Below are positions 11,986 to 24,270 of a DNA stretch of 64,000 bases, piece by piece (position 1 is the stretch's first letter; each line of letters opens with the position of its first letter). The stretch comes from Rhodosorus marinus CCMP1338. Taxonomy: Eukaryota > Plantae > Rhodophyta. Location: NCBI GenBank assembly GCA_029953675.1, contig JAMWBK010000012.1, positions 744,001 to 808,000 of the forward strand. Reading direction: 5' to 3'. Position numbers and translations under genes: made by a program. The notes under the pieces were generated by a model. It was not told where the DNA came from. It saw only the letters and a list, made by a program, of their open reading frames with translations, and did not search any database.

Positions 11986-13020
11986 CCCTCTCTATCCAAT
12001 CTCCCAAACCGTCCCGAAAAGCACAAAAGTCTCCATTGATCACAACTTTTTCCCAACCCCTCAAAACCGATCCAAAAACACTGCCCTGACCCATTTTCCA
12101 AACTCGTCAAAAAAAAAGTCCCTAACAATACTAACGGCCAGAAAAAATTATTATGAAATAGAAATCAATCCTCCAATCTCATACTATTTCAATACCCCCC
12201 CTCCTCTTCCTTCATTGTAGAATTCTTGATTTCACTTCTTCACCTCACCCCCCTTATATTTTTTTTTGTTCTTGGTAATTATTATATTTAAAAGTATTAA
12301 TTACCTAATTTAGTCCTTTTCACTTTAACTTTATCTCCTCCTCCAACAAAAAGAAGTGTTTCTTTGTTGTGTAACACAATAAAAGAGTTTGCAAACGATG
12401 TTCCACCCCTGGGTGCTTTTTTTTTGAGTGGAAAACGGTATCGGATCTTGGGAGGGGGAGAGAAGGTGGTGGAGTGTTTTTTTTCGTTTTAGGAAAGATG
12501 GATATTCAATCTGTATTTTGAATAGTGATTGATATCACGATAATGATTGGATGTCTAGTCATTATTGAAAACCCGGGGGGTGGGGGATCGAGTGGATGAG
12601 GCATTGTTGTTTACTCGTCGCACTGTCTCGTGAAGCGTGAGAACGTCGAACAGATCTCGGCAAACTGCCCGGGGTTTTGAAATCGAAGCGTCGGCTGACC
12701 GTCTTGTTTACTGGGTAGACACCCCGCAAGTACTCCGCACTATCCTACTCACGCGATTTTCGACGACACCAAAGCGGTTGGCTCTGCGGTGACGCGCGCC
12801 TTGGCGATCTCTATAAATACATTTTTAAGCTCGTGCCTTGATCCCTGGAAATCGTTGCGCGAGCAGCTTGCAATTCCCTCGGTTGCGCCGCGCTCGCTCG
12901 GCATTCTCGAGCACATACTCACGTTTAACCCCAGGGCTATTGGACCGGTTGACGGCAAGCGGCTATAGCAATGGTTCGGTCCCCCAATCAATCCGTTTCC
13001 TACCTTTGACCTCTCAAAAC

Positions 13021-14237
13021 TCACACCGCGCCCACGCTCTCAAGCTGTACGCTCTCAAGCTGAGCGCTCACATTCTCGCTCGACACAGCCTCCTTGCAGA
13101 TTGGACAGTTCTTGCCACTTTGTGACATCAACCACTTCTTTATGCACGTCTGATGGAAGAGGTGATTACATCTCAGACCCACCGTTTTGTCACTGCAGTC
13201 AGGTCCGCCATAGTCTTCTAGGCATATTGCACAAGTTGCAGGGTCCTGAACATCCACCTCTTCTAGAAGAATTTTCAATTCTTCTTCTGTAAGAACGGTC
13301 TGCGTTTCCAAACGGTCATACAAACGTCAGCGGGGTAGGGAGAGTGCGGGACACCCGGCGGCGGCAAATGTTTTCAGACTCACCTGTGGATGCGACCCAG
13401 CCGAATCGCCAGCGAGCGGCATGGACCCCACCATGGGGTGGGGAATGTATGGGCGAATTACGAAGATGGAAGTGCGCCGGTAGAGGTAGCTGACGAACAA
13501 ACCGAGAACGATGGCGTACAAAACACAAGCAATGGTCCATATTATGGGACCGGTGATGACGGGTTCTTCGCAGTCAAGTTTGATGTCTTCCTGGTTCTGA
13601 ACGTTGGCAGCGAAGAGATGCAGGAAGCAATAAAAGCAAACATTGATTTTTGGATTCAGTACGTCGTACTCTTCAGGGGTAAAGCCAGAATGAGAAACCC
13701 GCATAGCACTTGGGAGCGCACGTTTGGATCTTGGTGGCACACTACATCTCCTCCCGATTCAGCGCTTGCCAGGAACGGTCGTGCTTGTCTCTTAGCTTCC
13801 GGACACCGAATAAAAACTCCGATTTCAGAAGGAACAAATGCGACCACTGAAGTGAATCCAGTAGTATTCTGACCCGGCTCCACTTCGACTTGCAGGCGAC
13901 AGAGAACACCCCGAGCCGGAGGAGGAGCTGGGCTTTCCTGAACCTCCACTGAGGTCGCGACACAATTCACTTCGTCAAGATCTTCGCAGTCTGCTACTCT
14001 ATCCTACAACGCGATGCGAATTAGAGACCGAGGATTTCAGCTCTCCCACAACTATCGAGATGGCACTCCAAAATGAAAACAAAAAAAGCAGCTCTGAAAA
14101 AAAAGGGGACCATTACTCACATTGTAAACTTGCCAGGAATCAATCGCGTAGAACATAGCGCCTCCCAAAATCGTAAACAGAACAGCCAACATTAACGTGC
14201 CTAGGGCTATAGTCCCCCATGATGCCCTCTGCGGCAT
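13021..14237 (-). CDS. Transmembrane RING-H2 E3 ubiquitin ligase (signal/TM, luminal region, TM, RING-H2); multi-exon
   Basis: C-terminal CAICLEDY...CNHLFHQTCIKKWL...CPICK; TM helix IIWTIACVLYAIVLGLFVSYLY; hydrophobic N-terminus WGTIALGTLMLAVLFTILGG. Internal exon structure not fully resolved. Confidence 0.8.
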
Positions 14238-16751
14238 GTTTTTTTTTCTTTCCCTCTCGCCCTCTCTTCAGCATGGGCGGAACACGTCCCCCCTAGAACT
14301 CAATACGGGGATGAAGTATTACCCCGAAAACAGCTAAGCGCACCTTCCAATCCCTCTCTTCACATCGCCGACAAGCACAAGCAGCCCACAAAAGCAAAAA
14401 AAAACAACGCAGTTCGTCCTGAAGACCTAAAACCAACACCCAAACCTATCTCTTCTCTCGTCGCTAGTTCCAACTACCCTCCACTCCCACGTCCAAATGC
14501 TAACCTCACTTATATCTTCCGAAACACCAGTTCCTTCATCTCCATCCCACCCCACCCATTTCTTCTTTTCCCATCAAACACGTTCTTCCCCATCCTCTGC
14601 GTCAGCAATCCAACCCAAAAAGGTAAAATGCTCACCAGTTTCCCCTCCTCCTGCTGCCACTAAGCAAACCTAGCAAGATCCAAAAACACATATCCCACCC
14701 CTCCATGCAATTCTGATCATACCAAAGTATAAACGATATAATAGCGTTTATTTTGTATATATTATTGTTTGGATAAAATTTAACGATTGTATACACCTTA
14801 TTTTGGTGGAAAATTTTTGTCACCAGCCCTATCGATTTTGGGATTTTTTCTTTTTCGGTTGAGGGGTTGGATCCTCTGACCCCCCCCCCTGCGGCTTTCC
14901 CCATCGAGAAAATGTTCAGCTGACGCTTGAGTTGAGTGTGCAAGTTGGCTTGTAGAACGATGGGCTTTAGAGCGGTTTGAGCACGTCGTCTGAAAGGTTT
15001 CTATTGTGAAGATGGAGGTCCTCCTTCCCCTTACGTTTGTGTGTTTGTAAACTCACCTGGAAAGAACTTTCCACAACCCCGTTGAGCCTGTCTGGACTCG
15101 TCTTCAGCATCGCTCCCAAAAAGCTCGTCCAGGTTAACCTCCAACCACCTAACCCCTTCCAAATCTCTCTCCATGACAGTACCCAATATTTTATTATAAT
15201 ATACATAAATAGTACGTAGAAAAATAATTATTTTGTGCGCTGGCAATGATTTTTATATCAATATTTCTTTACGTTATATTTATATTCAGGTTTTGATCGC
15301 ACTGCAGGCTAACCCCCCTTAAAAATCAATGAATACGAATGCGAGAATTCTGGTTTTCTACTCTTTCTGGTGGAAGTGCGGGACCATCGCGTTCTCCGTT
15401 GGTGGAAATAGTATCTTTTGAATAAAATTAATTTTAGCTTATACTAATCAATTTCGTGGTTTTCGTCCAATTAGCAAGGAGTGAATAAAATGAGAAAATA
15501 TTTTTGTACGTTGTACTTTCCTACCCCTGGATCTTTGCTAATAGGGTTTTGTGGTAATAATATCGACATATCTCATGCTTTTGGAATTGATTTTAGCCCC
15601 TATACGGCTGTACGTTTAGTGTGTAAGTTTTACTGAAAAAAACTGTTAGTTTCAGCAGGTCATGGGATTGCTTGTACTCGAATCGTTGTATTTATTACGG
15701 ATATTCAATGGTTGCGGTCGCTGGGATATGATGGGATGGAAAGTGTGGTTAAATATTTTTTTATTCATTGTTTGAGGACTGGTTGGCAAGACTAGCTGAT
15801 GCCATTGCCTCGATGACAGGCTGCGGGTTGGGATGTGTGTTTGCCACAGCCAGTTGATGATGCACGGCTCGACTGATCAGAATCAATATTCCAACGGCGA
15901 GCCTTGTGTGCGGATCAAGCACTGTCGTACCATTGCGCTCCTCTGCGCTGTGTATGTGTGTGTAGCTGTTTTCGGCTCATCCAGATCTGATTCTGAAAGC
16001 GCGAAAGCAACGGTCTTCAGGATCAAATCTGGTTGAGACGATAATTGGGACACCATTCCTGTTAATGATTCTCGCCCAGTCGAGTAGCGCAGTAGGTTCT
16101 TGCGGTTTCAAGCCTCTGGCCGGTGGCTTTTCCGTTGGATGCTATGAACCAGACCTCGTTGGAGCCAGCACCAAATTCAATGAATATGAGCGGTCTCGTT
16201 GTGCCTAGCACATTTCTCGTGTACGTCCACACCAAGTCCATCAACCCCTCCTGATGTACACCCTTGGAGTTTGCCATCTGGGTACACCTTGCTTCATCCG
16301 GCTGCTCGTGAAGATGGTGGTGCCGCTTACTGTAGATCCAAGCTCGGGTCCCAAAGACGCCGACCAGAATTCTGACCATTTGGCCTCCTGAATCCGACCT
16401 GCAGGTTGCGTGCGAATCTTGTTAGTAGCTTCGTTCCTCGGCGTCATGCGCAGGCTACGCTGGTAGTTCGAAGCTCGACGAGAGCCCTCAGCTCCTCCTT
16501 GCGACCGGGATAACACAAGGTGTCCGCCGTTCGTGTGTGTGGGTATATCGGTTTCAAACCGTCATCGCTGCCAATAGCTAGGTGGGTGAGCATCAGTTCA
16601 AGGTGGTTACGCATCCCAGTCGAGGGTGACGAAGGAAAAGGCGACAAAGGAACGCCATCAGCCCGTATTAAGCTTCGATAGGTTAATGTAGGCACATGCA
16701 GCCCTTCTGTTTCCCCAGATCCCTAACTAGATCTCTTGAAGATAGATTGAG

Positions 16752-17594
16752 TCATCGATTTGTACATGTAGCGTCCACCGGACGCAACCGTGGTGAACGC
16801 GACGACAAGCACCAGAGAATTCTTGACCATAGGCAGGTCCAGATCTGACAATAGTGGTTAGAGAACAGCATGTCACTATGAGTTCCTGCCGAGTCTTCCT
16901 CCGGACAGAGAAAAGGCAAACTCCTACCGTTATCTATCAGGTTGAGCATCGAGTACGCGGCTAAGACCAACTGCAAGCTCGTGTTCGCCTTGCTTATATA
17001 CTCCACTTTTATGGGCACTGGAGGTAGGTTTGTATCGAAGGCGTGACGAAGGCCTAAACCCCTCGAGCTGAGCTGCCTTCTCCTTAGCACGATCCATCCG
17101 CTCATGAGAAGCACGTCTCTTCCGATGATCATGCCGAAGAGCCATACGGGTATAACGGACTTCCAAGCCAGTCCAGTGAAAACTGATGACACGAGCACCT
17201 TGTCTGCCAGCGGGTCAAGAACGGCTCCGAGAGGGGTCTTCATATCATATTTCCGGGCGATGTAGCCGTCCAAATAGTCCGTGATCCCGAGCAAGACGAC
17301 ACCGGCAGTTGCTGCTTGTGGATAATCCGCCACGATCAAACATCCGAGCGCGGGGGCACACGCAATTCGCATTGAGCTCAACAAGTTCGGGACTCCAAAG
17401 TTGCTCTTCCCCTTAGACTTTGACGGAGTCGAATGTGAAGCACGCAAAAGTATCTGATTTCCCGAAATTTTACCCCGCTGACTGGCCTGGCTCAGTCGCG
17501 CCGCTCTCAAGCCGCCACGACCGACCCACCAAAGGCCGTTCCACTCCCATCTCCATCGCAGAACCGCACTGGGACGAAGCAAACCCACCTGCAT
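16752..17594 (-). CDS. CRD1: CDP-alcohol phosphatidyltransferase, most like cardiolipin synthase (CMP-forming); PGP synthase not excluded
   Basis: VPNLLSSMRI, TDYLDGYIARKYDMKTPLGAVLDPLADK (family signature), IIGRDVLL, ISKANTSLQL. Both termini approximate. Confidence 0.8.
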   Translation of the reverse strand: MQVGLLRPSAVLRWRWEWNGLWWVGRGGLRAARLSQASQRGKISGNQILLRASHSTPSKSKGKSNFGVPNLLSSMRIACAPALGCLIVADYPQAATAGVVLLGITDYLDGYIARKYDMKTPLGAVLDPLADKVLVSSVFTGLAWKSVIPVWLFGMIIGRDVLLMSGWIVLRRRQLSSRGLGLRHAFDTNLPPVPIKVEYISKANTSLQLVLAAYSMLNLIDNGRSLPFLCPEEDSAGTHSDMLFSNHYCQIWTCLWSRILWCLSSRSPRLRPVDATCTNR

Positions 17595-17774
17595 CTAAGC
17601 CAACGACCATAAGATCCTCAGAACTTGTTCAGTATCGAAACCTTGGAGATAACAAAATTCTTTTCAAATGTAGGTTGAACAAAGTCCCATTTGTCCTCTC
17701 CCAATATCTGCTCCGCTTCCTCTCCCCACTCCCTCCTCAAGCCATCTGTTTTCCATCCTCAAAACAATCACCAC

Positions 17775-17993
17775 TTTCAGGGTGATGTGAATAGCTGAGC
17801 TGGAAATAGCTAGTCACCCTGAAATCTACCCTTACTAAATCCTACGCTTACCAACCCATCGATTCAGGGTAGCGCTCTTCTTTTTGCAGAAAAGAGCTGT
17901 CACCCTGAAGTAGATTCCAAACTCTGGCTGTGCTAGGGTATTGCCTCAGGGTGACCTGACTTGCTGCATAGAAAATCAATAGTCACCCTGAGG
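17775..17993. promoter_or_regulatory. Array of three inverted-repeat pairs TCAGGGTGA-N27/28-TCACCCTGA in the divergent CRD1/RPA1 intergenic region
   Basis: Nonamers at 17777, 17814, 17864 (TCAGGGTAG variant), 17900, 17946 and 17983 in strictly alternating orientation. The structure is seen directly; the regulatory role is inferred from position. Confidence 0.6.
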
Positions 17994-18299
17994 ACGAGAT
18001 TTTTTCTTGTCGAGTATATCTTGTTGAGAGGGTGGGTGGCATGGCTCTTGAGCTGTTGGTGAAGAGGTTTCTATAGATTTGGAGATGAGTGTATGTCCTG
18101 ATCAGGTTAAGAGAGGAGCTAAGACTTTATATGGTTTCAAAGTAAGCGAAGAACCGTTTGTTGGATTCGGAAGGAAAGGCGGTATTTCTGCCTGTGGTTT
18201 CCTGGATGGACGAACTGATTTGATTCGTTTTTTTTTTCTTGTCTGCCTCTCTTGCAGATTGTTTTTAAGTTGTTTTGCTGGTATTTGAGGAATTTTTTA

Positions 18300-20415
18300 A
18301 TGGATCAATGGGATTCCAAGTTGACCAAGGAGGCGGTGAACAGGATGGTGTCTGGAGATACGAGCTTTCAGCCCGTGGTTCAGATCGCCGAGATGAGGAA
18401 GGTGCCGAACCAGAAGGGAAGCGATAGATGGCGGTGTCAGATTAGTGACGGAGGTCACAGTTGTGCGGCGATGTTAGCCTCACAACTGAATGAGCTCGTC
18501 AAGAACAATGAGCTGCAAAACCTCTCCATCGTTCAGCTCAAGGAGTTTATTGCCAATACCATTCAAGGAAGAAAGTAAGTAAGCGTTTTTGATATCCTCG
18601 CAACCGGAATTTTTTGTGATATTAGACCGTCTGGCAAAGGACGAAGAGAAGAGAACCTCACCGTTGGGACATTGTTACCTACAGGGTACTGGTCATCTTA
18701 AACCTTGAAGTTCGGAGTCCACCCCTTACACACAAGATCGGAAATCCACAAGATATCAATGGAAAAAGCGGCGTTCCCAAGCCGGATCCCTCTCTTCAAT
18801 CAGCCGCAGCGAGCCCGGGAGCATCTCCAGTAAGCGCTGGTAGCTCCGAGGTCAAGGGCAACGCGGCGGTCAAACGTGAGCCTTGGCGCTCTGGAGGAGG
18901 AAGCAGTGGTGCTATTCTTAGGGTTGGAGCGGAGCAGGTCAGTGGGAGCCAACACTTCTTCCCGATCATGACCATCAATCCGTATCAGAATCGATGGAGA
19001 ATCCGCGGGCGGGTGACCAACAAGGGAGCTCTTCGAAAGTACCAAAACGCAAGGGGCGAGGGCCAAGTCATGTCCTTTGAGATTGCCGATGACTCCGGAA
19101 GCATCAAGGTGGCTTGTTTCCAGGACATGGCCAAACAAATGTCCTCGAGGATCGTCATGGGGAAGACCTACACCATCGCCAAAGCGAATCTCAAGCAGGC
19201 CGACGCTCGATTCAACCAATGTACTTCGGAGTGGGAGATGATGCTCAACAACGACTCGGAAGTGGAGCCGTTTGAAGACGATGGAAGCATTGCCCAGATC
19301 AAATATAACTTTGTCACCATCGGTGGCCTTGCTACAATGGAGTCCGGCAGCTTCATAGATATCCTCGGGGTTGTTATTGAGGTTTGTGGTTTCCGTTTCT
19401 CCCTCGTGAACTCAGCGAATACGTTGGTGGACGCCAGCCTGCTGGCGTTGTTCGTGGCTGCTCCTGAGCTGTAGGAAGAGGACGGTGCCTTCGCTGACTT
19501 CGCTGACTTCGCTGCCCATCATGTGTTCAGGTTTCTGATATTGTAGAACTTACATCGAGAAGTACTGGAGATCTGCTACTGAAGCGGTCGGTTACGCTTA
19601 CGGATCGGTCTGAGAAATCCATTGCCTTGACGTTGTGGGGAGACCTTGCACAGAACTTGATTAGTTCGGCGGAGGGAAATCCAATCCTTCTCTGTAAAGG
19701 CGTCAAGCGGGGCGATTTCCAGGGCATTTCGTTGGATTCTCTGCGGTCATCGTTCTTCGAACTCAACCCAGCGATGGATGAAGCGTTTACGCTCAAGGGA
19801 TGGTACGACGCCACGGGTAAATCACTGAAAATAGAGTCGGTGAATAGTATGGCAGGTGGCGGTATCGGTTTGAACGATACCGAGCGGCTGACGATTAAGG
19901 AAGGGATTGAACTGAAGGAAAAAGACCAGGTGAATGATCCAAAGGGGATGGTGTTCACGATTAGGGCTGTGTTAGTGATGATCAAGAAGGATCGAGACCT
20001 CTGGTACCCGGCAGATCCAGAGACGAATAAGAAACTTGTACCGAGCTCCACAGGGAAGTGGAGGAACGAGGTGACGAGCAAGGAATACGACGATCCAAAC
20101 TACCGCTACGTACTTAACGTCAACGCCCAAGACCACACGGGTACGATGTGGCTCAGCTTCTTCGATGAGGCGGCGCAGACAATCATTGGTAAGTCCGCAA
20201 CGGAGATGAGCGATCTGCAGGAGTTCAGGGAGAATGAATACGAACGGCTGTTGGAGGCACCGCTTTTGAAGCCGTACGTCCTTCGAGTGCGGGCAAAGCA
20301 GGATACGTGGCAGGATGAAGTCCGGGTTAAGTATCAAGTTCTCAAGGCGAGTCCAGTGGACTTTGGGACGGAAAGCAGAGTAGTCATGGAAGAGATTGGA
20401 AAGCTCCATCAATAG
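18300..20415 (+). CDS. RPA1: Replication protein A 70 kDa subunit; multi-exon
   Basis: N-terminal OB domain (FQPVVQI..DRWRCQISDG..AMLASQLN), TINPYQNRWRIRGRVTNK, YNFVTI..IDILGVV, LTLWG..LKGWYD, RYVLNVNAQDHTG, FRVRAK-like C-terminus. Confidence 0.95.
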
Positions 20416-20670
20416 CCTCCTCTACTCCCGACCGTCTGTGCGCAACGCTCTTCGAGAAGGTTGATTTGTCAAAGCCCCTCTCCAGCTCCTGCAAGCGACT
20501 AGCAAAATTTCCTCAGAGAGGGCCTCCGAAGATTCTGATCAGAAGGGTCTACGAGGTGTTCTCGCAAATCCCAGAGACCAACGAGGTGAAGCTCGTCCTC
20601 CTGAACTTGTGAGTTGCTAGTGAATTCATTGGGGTCTCTCTGCCGTAACAAAGAGACGACCTACTCTTGT

Positions 20671-21060
20671 TCAGCGGGCACGACGGGCACAACTGGCGTT
20701 TGCCACGCCGTTGTACATAAAAATAAATCTGTAAGTAAAATTTGGTGATAAGAAGCGATTGGAATGTGGAATAAATCGCGGAGCGGAAAAACTGTTTCCG
20801 AGCTCGCAAAGGATATTTCTGCTTCTCGCGTCAAGGAAATGGTTGTCATGGTTGTCTATGTATGTAGTTGTTCTGTGCGGTTGTGCGATGTCTTGCCGTA
20901 AGCCTCTCGGCAACGGATTGGCCAAATTTCTATGATCTCTTGTTATCCTCGTCTTTCTTGGAAAGAATAATGACGTTCCTGCAAGGGAAACTGTTGAGGT
21001 TGATAAAGAGGGCCATGGCGTCTGAGACGGCGTCGGATCGTTCGCGGTTGGCTTTCTCAA
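20671..21060 (-). mobile_element. Decayed RLE-type LINE fragment
   Basis: GLRQDIAQPHRTTTYID...APRFIP resembles the RLE PD..D motif and the RRTTYVD motif of the 40.7-41.1 kb copy. Confidence 0.4.
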
Positions 21061-22458
21061 TCATTCCGAACGCGTCGCTGCACATATTCACAGAATACTA
21101 TCAACCACCGTAAAAACCGCGGAAGCAACTTGGGCGGGGTTTCCTGGAGTACTGGGTCAACAACAACTGTCCTATTGGGACGCAGCTTTGCGCGGTCGAA
21201 ACCCGTCCCAATGCATAACTTGTTAGCCGCACGATGCGAACAGGATGACCAAAACTGATCTCACCCTGAAGTCCAATTCCAGGATATTATTAACCAGTAT
21301 TCGGAACTGGGGTCTAGGTTGCAGAAGAGGCTACAGTACCTATGCTCCTTCCTTTCTCTACTGGGTCCCTACGAGGAGTTACGGACCAGCAGATTCAAAC
21401 CCTAGCTGCGAGCATGTGTGAGCTTCTGAAGCCGCTTGGTAGGCACCGGCAGTTGGTCGCGGAGCTCCGTCACCTACCACCTGGTTTTCCGTAGTCTTCG
21501 TTGTTGCTCTCTCGGTAGTGCTGCAGTCAGAGGACCTACTGGCCTCGCTCGCCGCCAACCTATTGGGGCCCTAGCGTACCTCATCCGGGATTTGGGGACC
21601 TCCCCGGAGATTCCTGATGCACAAGGAACTTTGATGTGTGTCAGGACATATCTAGAGGAGGATTTGAAAACCAAATTTGCACATCTGGACCTTAGAGAGC
21701 TCCCCGAGGGACTCTGATGTACAAATCATAACCCCTACCCTCCATACCGAAAACAGACTGAATTATCAATCAAAATTAACTATTTGGACTGAATTCCGTT
21801 GTGACGCTTGAAGCTTACTTCAAAGCGTGGCCAAACATCTGCTTGCATGTACATTGATGCGGCTCGGCTACCTGTCTGCTGGTTCTCGCCGTCAGGGTTC
21901 TGCAGCGAGTACCCTGCGGTAGGCATAAGGAATCATTGTACATGGACCTCATCAACAGCGCTGAGTTTTTCCCTTTTATGTTGCCAATCCCGCGCCTGGC
22001 TCCATGGTGGTTTTTTTTTTTTGTTTTCCTGCCGTTCTCTGTAGAGGGTCTTCGTCCTTGCTTGGCTTTCTGTTGTCCGTTTGACTGCCCTGATGCTCCT
22101 CCTCGACTGTATGCTTCTTTGAGTCTTGACTCTCTGGCGCGCTCTTTAGCGCCTTTCCCCCTGGGAGTAAGTCAGTCAGACCTTGGCCACCGATGAAAAC
22201 CGACGATATCTGCTGTCAAAAGAAGAAAACCTGGTGATATCCGATGAGGACCGGATACAAGCATTGGGGATGGGGGGGAGGGGCAATGGATTGACATCTC
22301 TTCCGAGAAGGTTTTCCTGCTGAGAATATTTGGTTACTTCGGAGCATTCTGCAGTCTGTATTCTCTGGAGAGGGTGAGCGAGGTGGTGGGTTGGGATTTG
22401 TAAACAAATAGGAAGTTTGGTTATTGGTTTTTTGTTTGGAAGAGTTTGAGGGGCTATT

Positions 22459-23532
22459 ATGCCTGGATATAGAGAGAAGGACGCGATTTCTCTGTTCAAC
22501 AAGTACAAGGAGGAGGATGGTAAGTAGATCTGAGATGGTTTTTGTTTTTGTCTGTTGTCTTGGGCACTGAAGGTCTTTTCGCGCTTGGATGGCTGGTCGT
22601 TGATTTGTTTGTAGTGGATAAGATCGGGTTGGATGGTCTGGAAAGGTTATATGGAGACCTTTCCATAAGCTTGGATGATATTGTAACACTCCTATTCGCG
22701 TGGCGGCTGAATACGGGCACGCTCTGTGAGATCACCAAGGATGAGTTCCTCTCTGGACTAAGGGGCATGAGAGTTTGCGATATTCGATCGTTGAAGTCAT
22801 CAATCGGTGAGGAGATCTCTCGACTATGCTTCCCACCAAGCGACTTCACACTCAGTCCTCTGTGTCTTTCCAATTAGAAAACCTCCGCCCGCTAATCTAC
22901 GATCAAAAGAACTTTCGAGACTTCTACTTGTGGTGCTTTGACTACTTCAGGGATTCAAGGTACAAGACTATGGATCTGGTTCGTATAGCTCCAGTCCTCG
23001 ATCAGTTCCAAATCGCTCCTCCTGAAGCTCTGATCAGGATAAGCACCAACGATCTCAACGTCTAGGAAACGGCAAAGGCAGTCTGGGCCCAACTCTTGAA
23101 GGAGCAGTACACCCATCTCGATCTCTGGTTGGAATTCATCGAAGCCAACGTAAGATCTGTGGTGGACGCTCAGTTCTCGCGCGGCTAAACCGTCGTGAAG
23201 ACCACAAGCTCGCCCGGTGTCCTTTCCCTAAGTTTGTTTTTTTCCGTGCTCTGTGTGTCTCCAGGCTTGTGCGATCAGTAGAGATACTTACTCAGTGTTC
23301 CTCAACTTCACTTGGAGCGTTGCCGATGATTTTTCTGGTTATGACGATACTGGTGAGTACCGCAGGACCTTCTCAAGTCGACGAATTGGTTGAACGGATG
23401 GGAGATGAGTTTTGCGACCGACCACTGAAAACCCGTGTTTTGCTTGATCAAAAAGCGGCCTGGCCAGTGCTAATAGACGAGTTCGTAGAATACGCGAGAG
23501 GAAAACTTGCGGAACGGGAACAGGAGATCTGA
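22459..23532 (+). CDS. DCN1: DCN1-like protein (defective in cullin neddylation); multi-exon
   Basis: SLFNKYKEEDG|DKIGLDGLERLYGDL..DIVTLLFAWRL...EITKDEF; FRDFYLWCFDY; AVWAQLL..LDLWLEFI; AAWPVLIDEFVEY. Confidence 0.9.
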
Positions 23533-23802
23533 AAATTTTCAGGGAAAGCCGGATAAGCACATCTGTTCTGTATGGAGTTTGATCAATGACAGAGCTTGTT
23601 CTAGAGAGGTCCAGCCTGCGGTGAGAGGTGTTGCTGACTACGGTTACAGTTGCACTGCATCGCGTGAAGAGGCGCTGCAGGTCCAACCATGTCTCACCAT
23701 GTACATCAGCGAATCACGGTTGGAGAACTCCCAACGCTCCTCTGCGTTCAGTTTTGAACCTCTTTTCTTGGAGGTTTTGTTTTTGAGGAGCTTCGCTGTA
23801 TT

Positions 23803-24270
23803 TTGTCGGAGCAGCCGCCCGGGGGGCAGGAATGTGCCAGGGCGAAGCAGGACCCAGCAAGGTACCTAGCTCTTGGAAAAAATGCTGCGAACATCGTTGC
23901 CTCGAGTCGTGGCAGAGGCTATAGTGTGAACTTGACCCAAGATGTGGAACAAAGGGATTGTCTGACCTGGGCTTTTCCTAGTTTCACTGGCTGCGTGTAC
24001 TACGGAGCGCATTCGAACCGGGATTACTGGTTCGCCAACAGAACAGCTGCTCGAGTAGAAGAAGCGCCAGGGATACCAGGCACTCCGACTGGGGTTGGTA
24101 GCCGGATAGCTCAGTGGATCGCGGGCACATGTGGCAACACCAAACATGGTACATCAACTCATATGGTGTCTACGGAAGGAATTTGGAAGCTGCTTCTTAA
24201 CCAACCGGATTTGCCCATCTGGCGCGCCCCTACATTCGTAAATCCTTCCAATATCTTCGGAGAGATGTGA
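23803..24270 (+). CDS. Possible hypothetical protein or decayed coding fragment
   Basis: Open 155-codon frame only; no recognised family and a non-ATG start. Confidence 0.2.
   Translation: MSEQPPGGQECARAKQDPARYLALGKNAANIVASSRGRGYSVNLTQDVEQRDCLTWAFPSFTGCVYYGAHSNRDYWFANRTAARVEEAPGIPGTPTGVGSRIAQWIAGTCGNTKHGTSTHMVSTEGIWKLLLNQPDLPIWRAPTFVNPSNIFGEM

Noticed and set aside
16062-16379. ORF with LIFIEFGAG, resembling SAM-binding motif I
   Set aside because: Isolated motif with no other methyltransferase motifs; another frame shows weak RHN/PD LINE-like remnants, so decay is more likely.
17775-17993. CRISPR-array or Tc1/mariner MITE reading of the nonamer array
   Set aside because: The repeats are only 9-12 bp and inverted, the genome is eukaryotic with no cas genes, and there are no TA target-site duplications.
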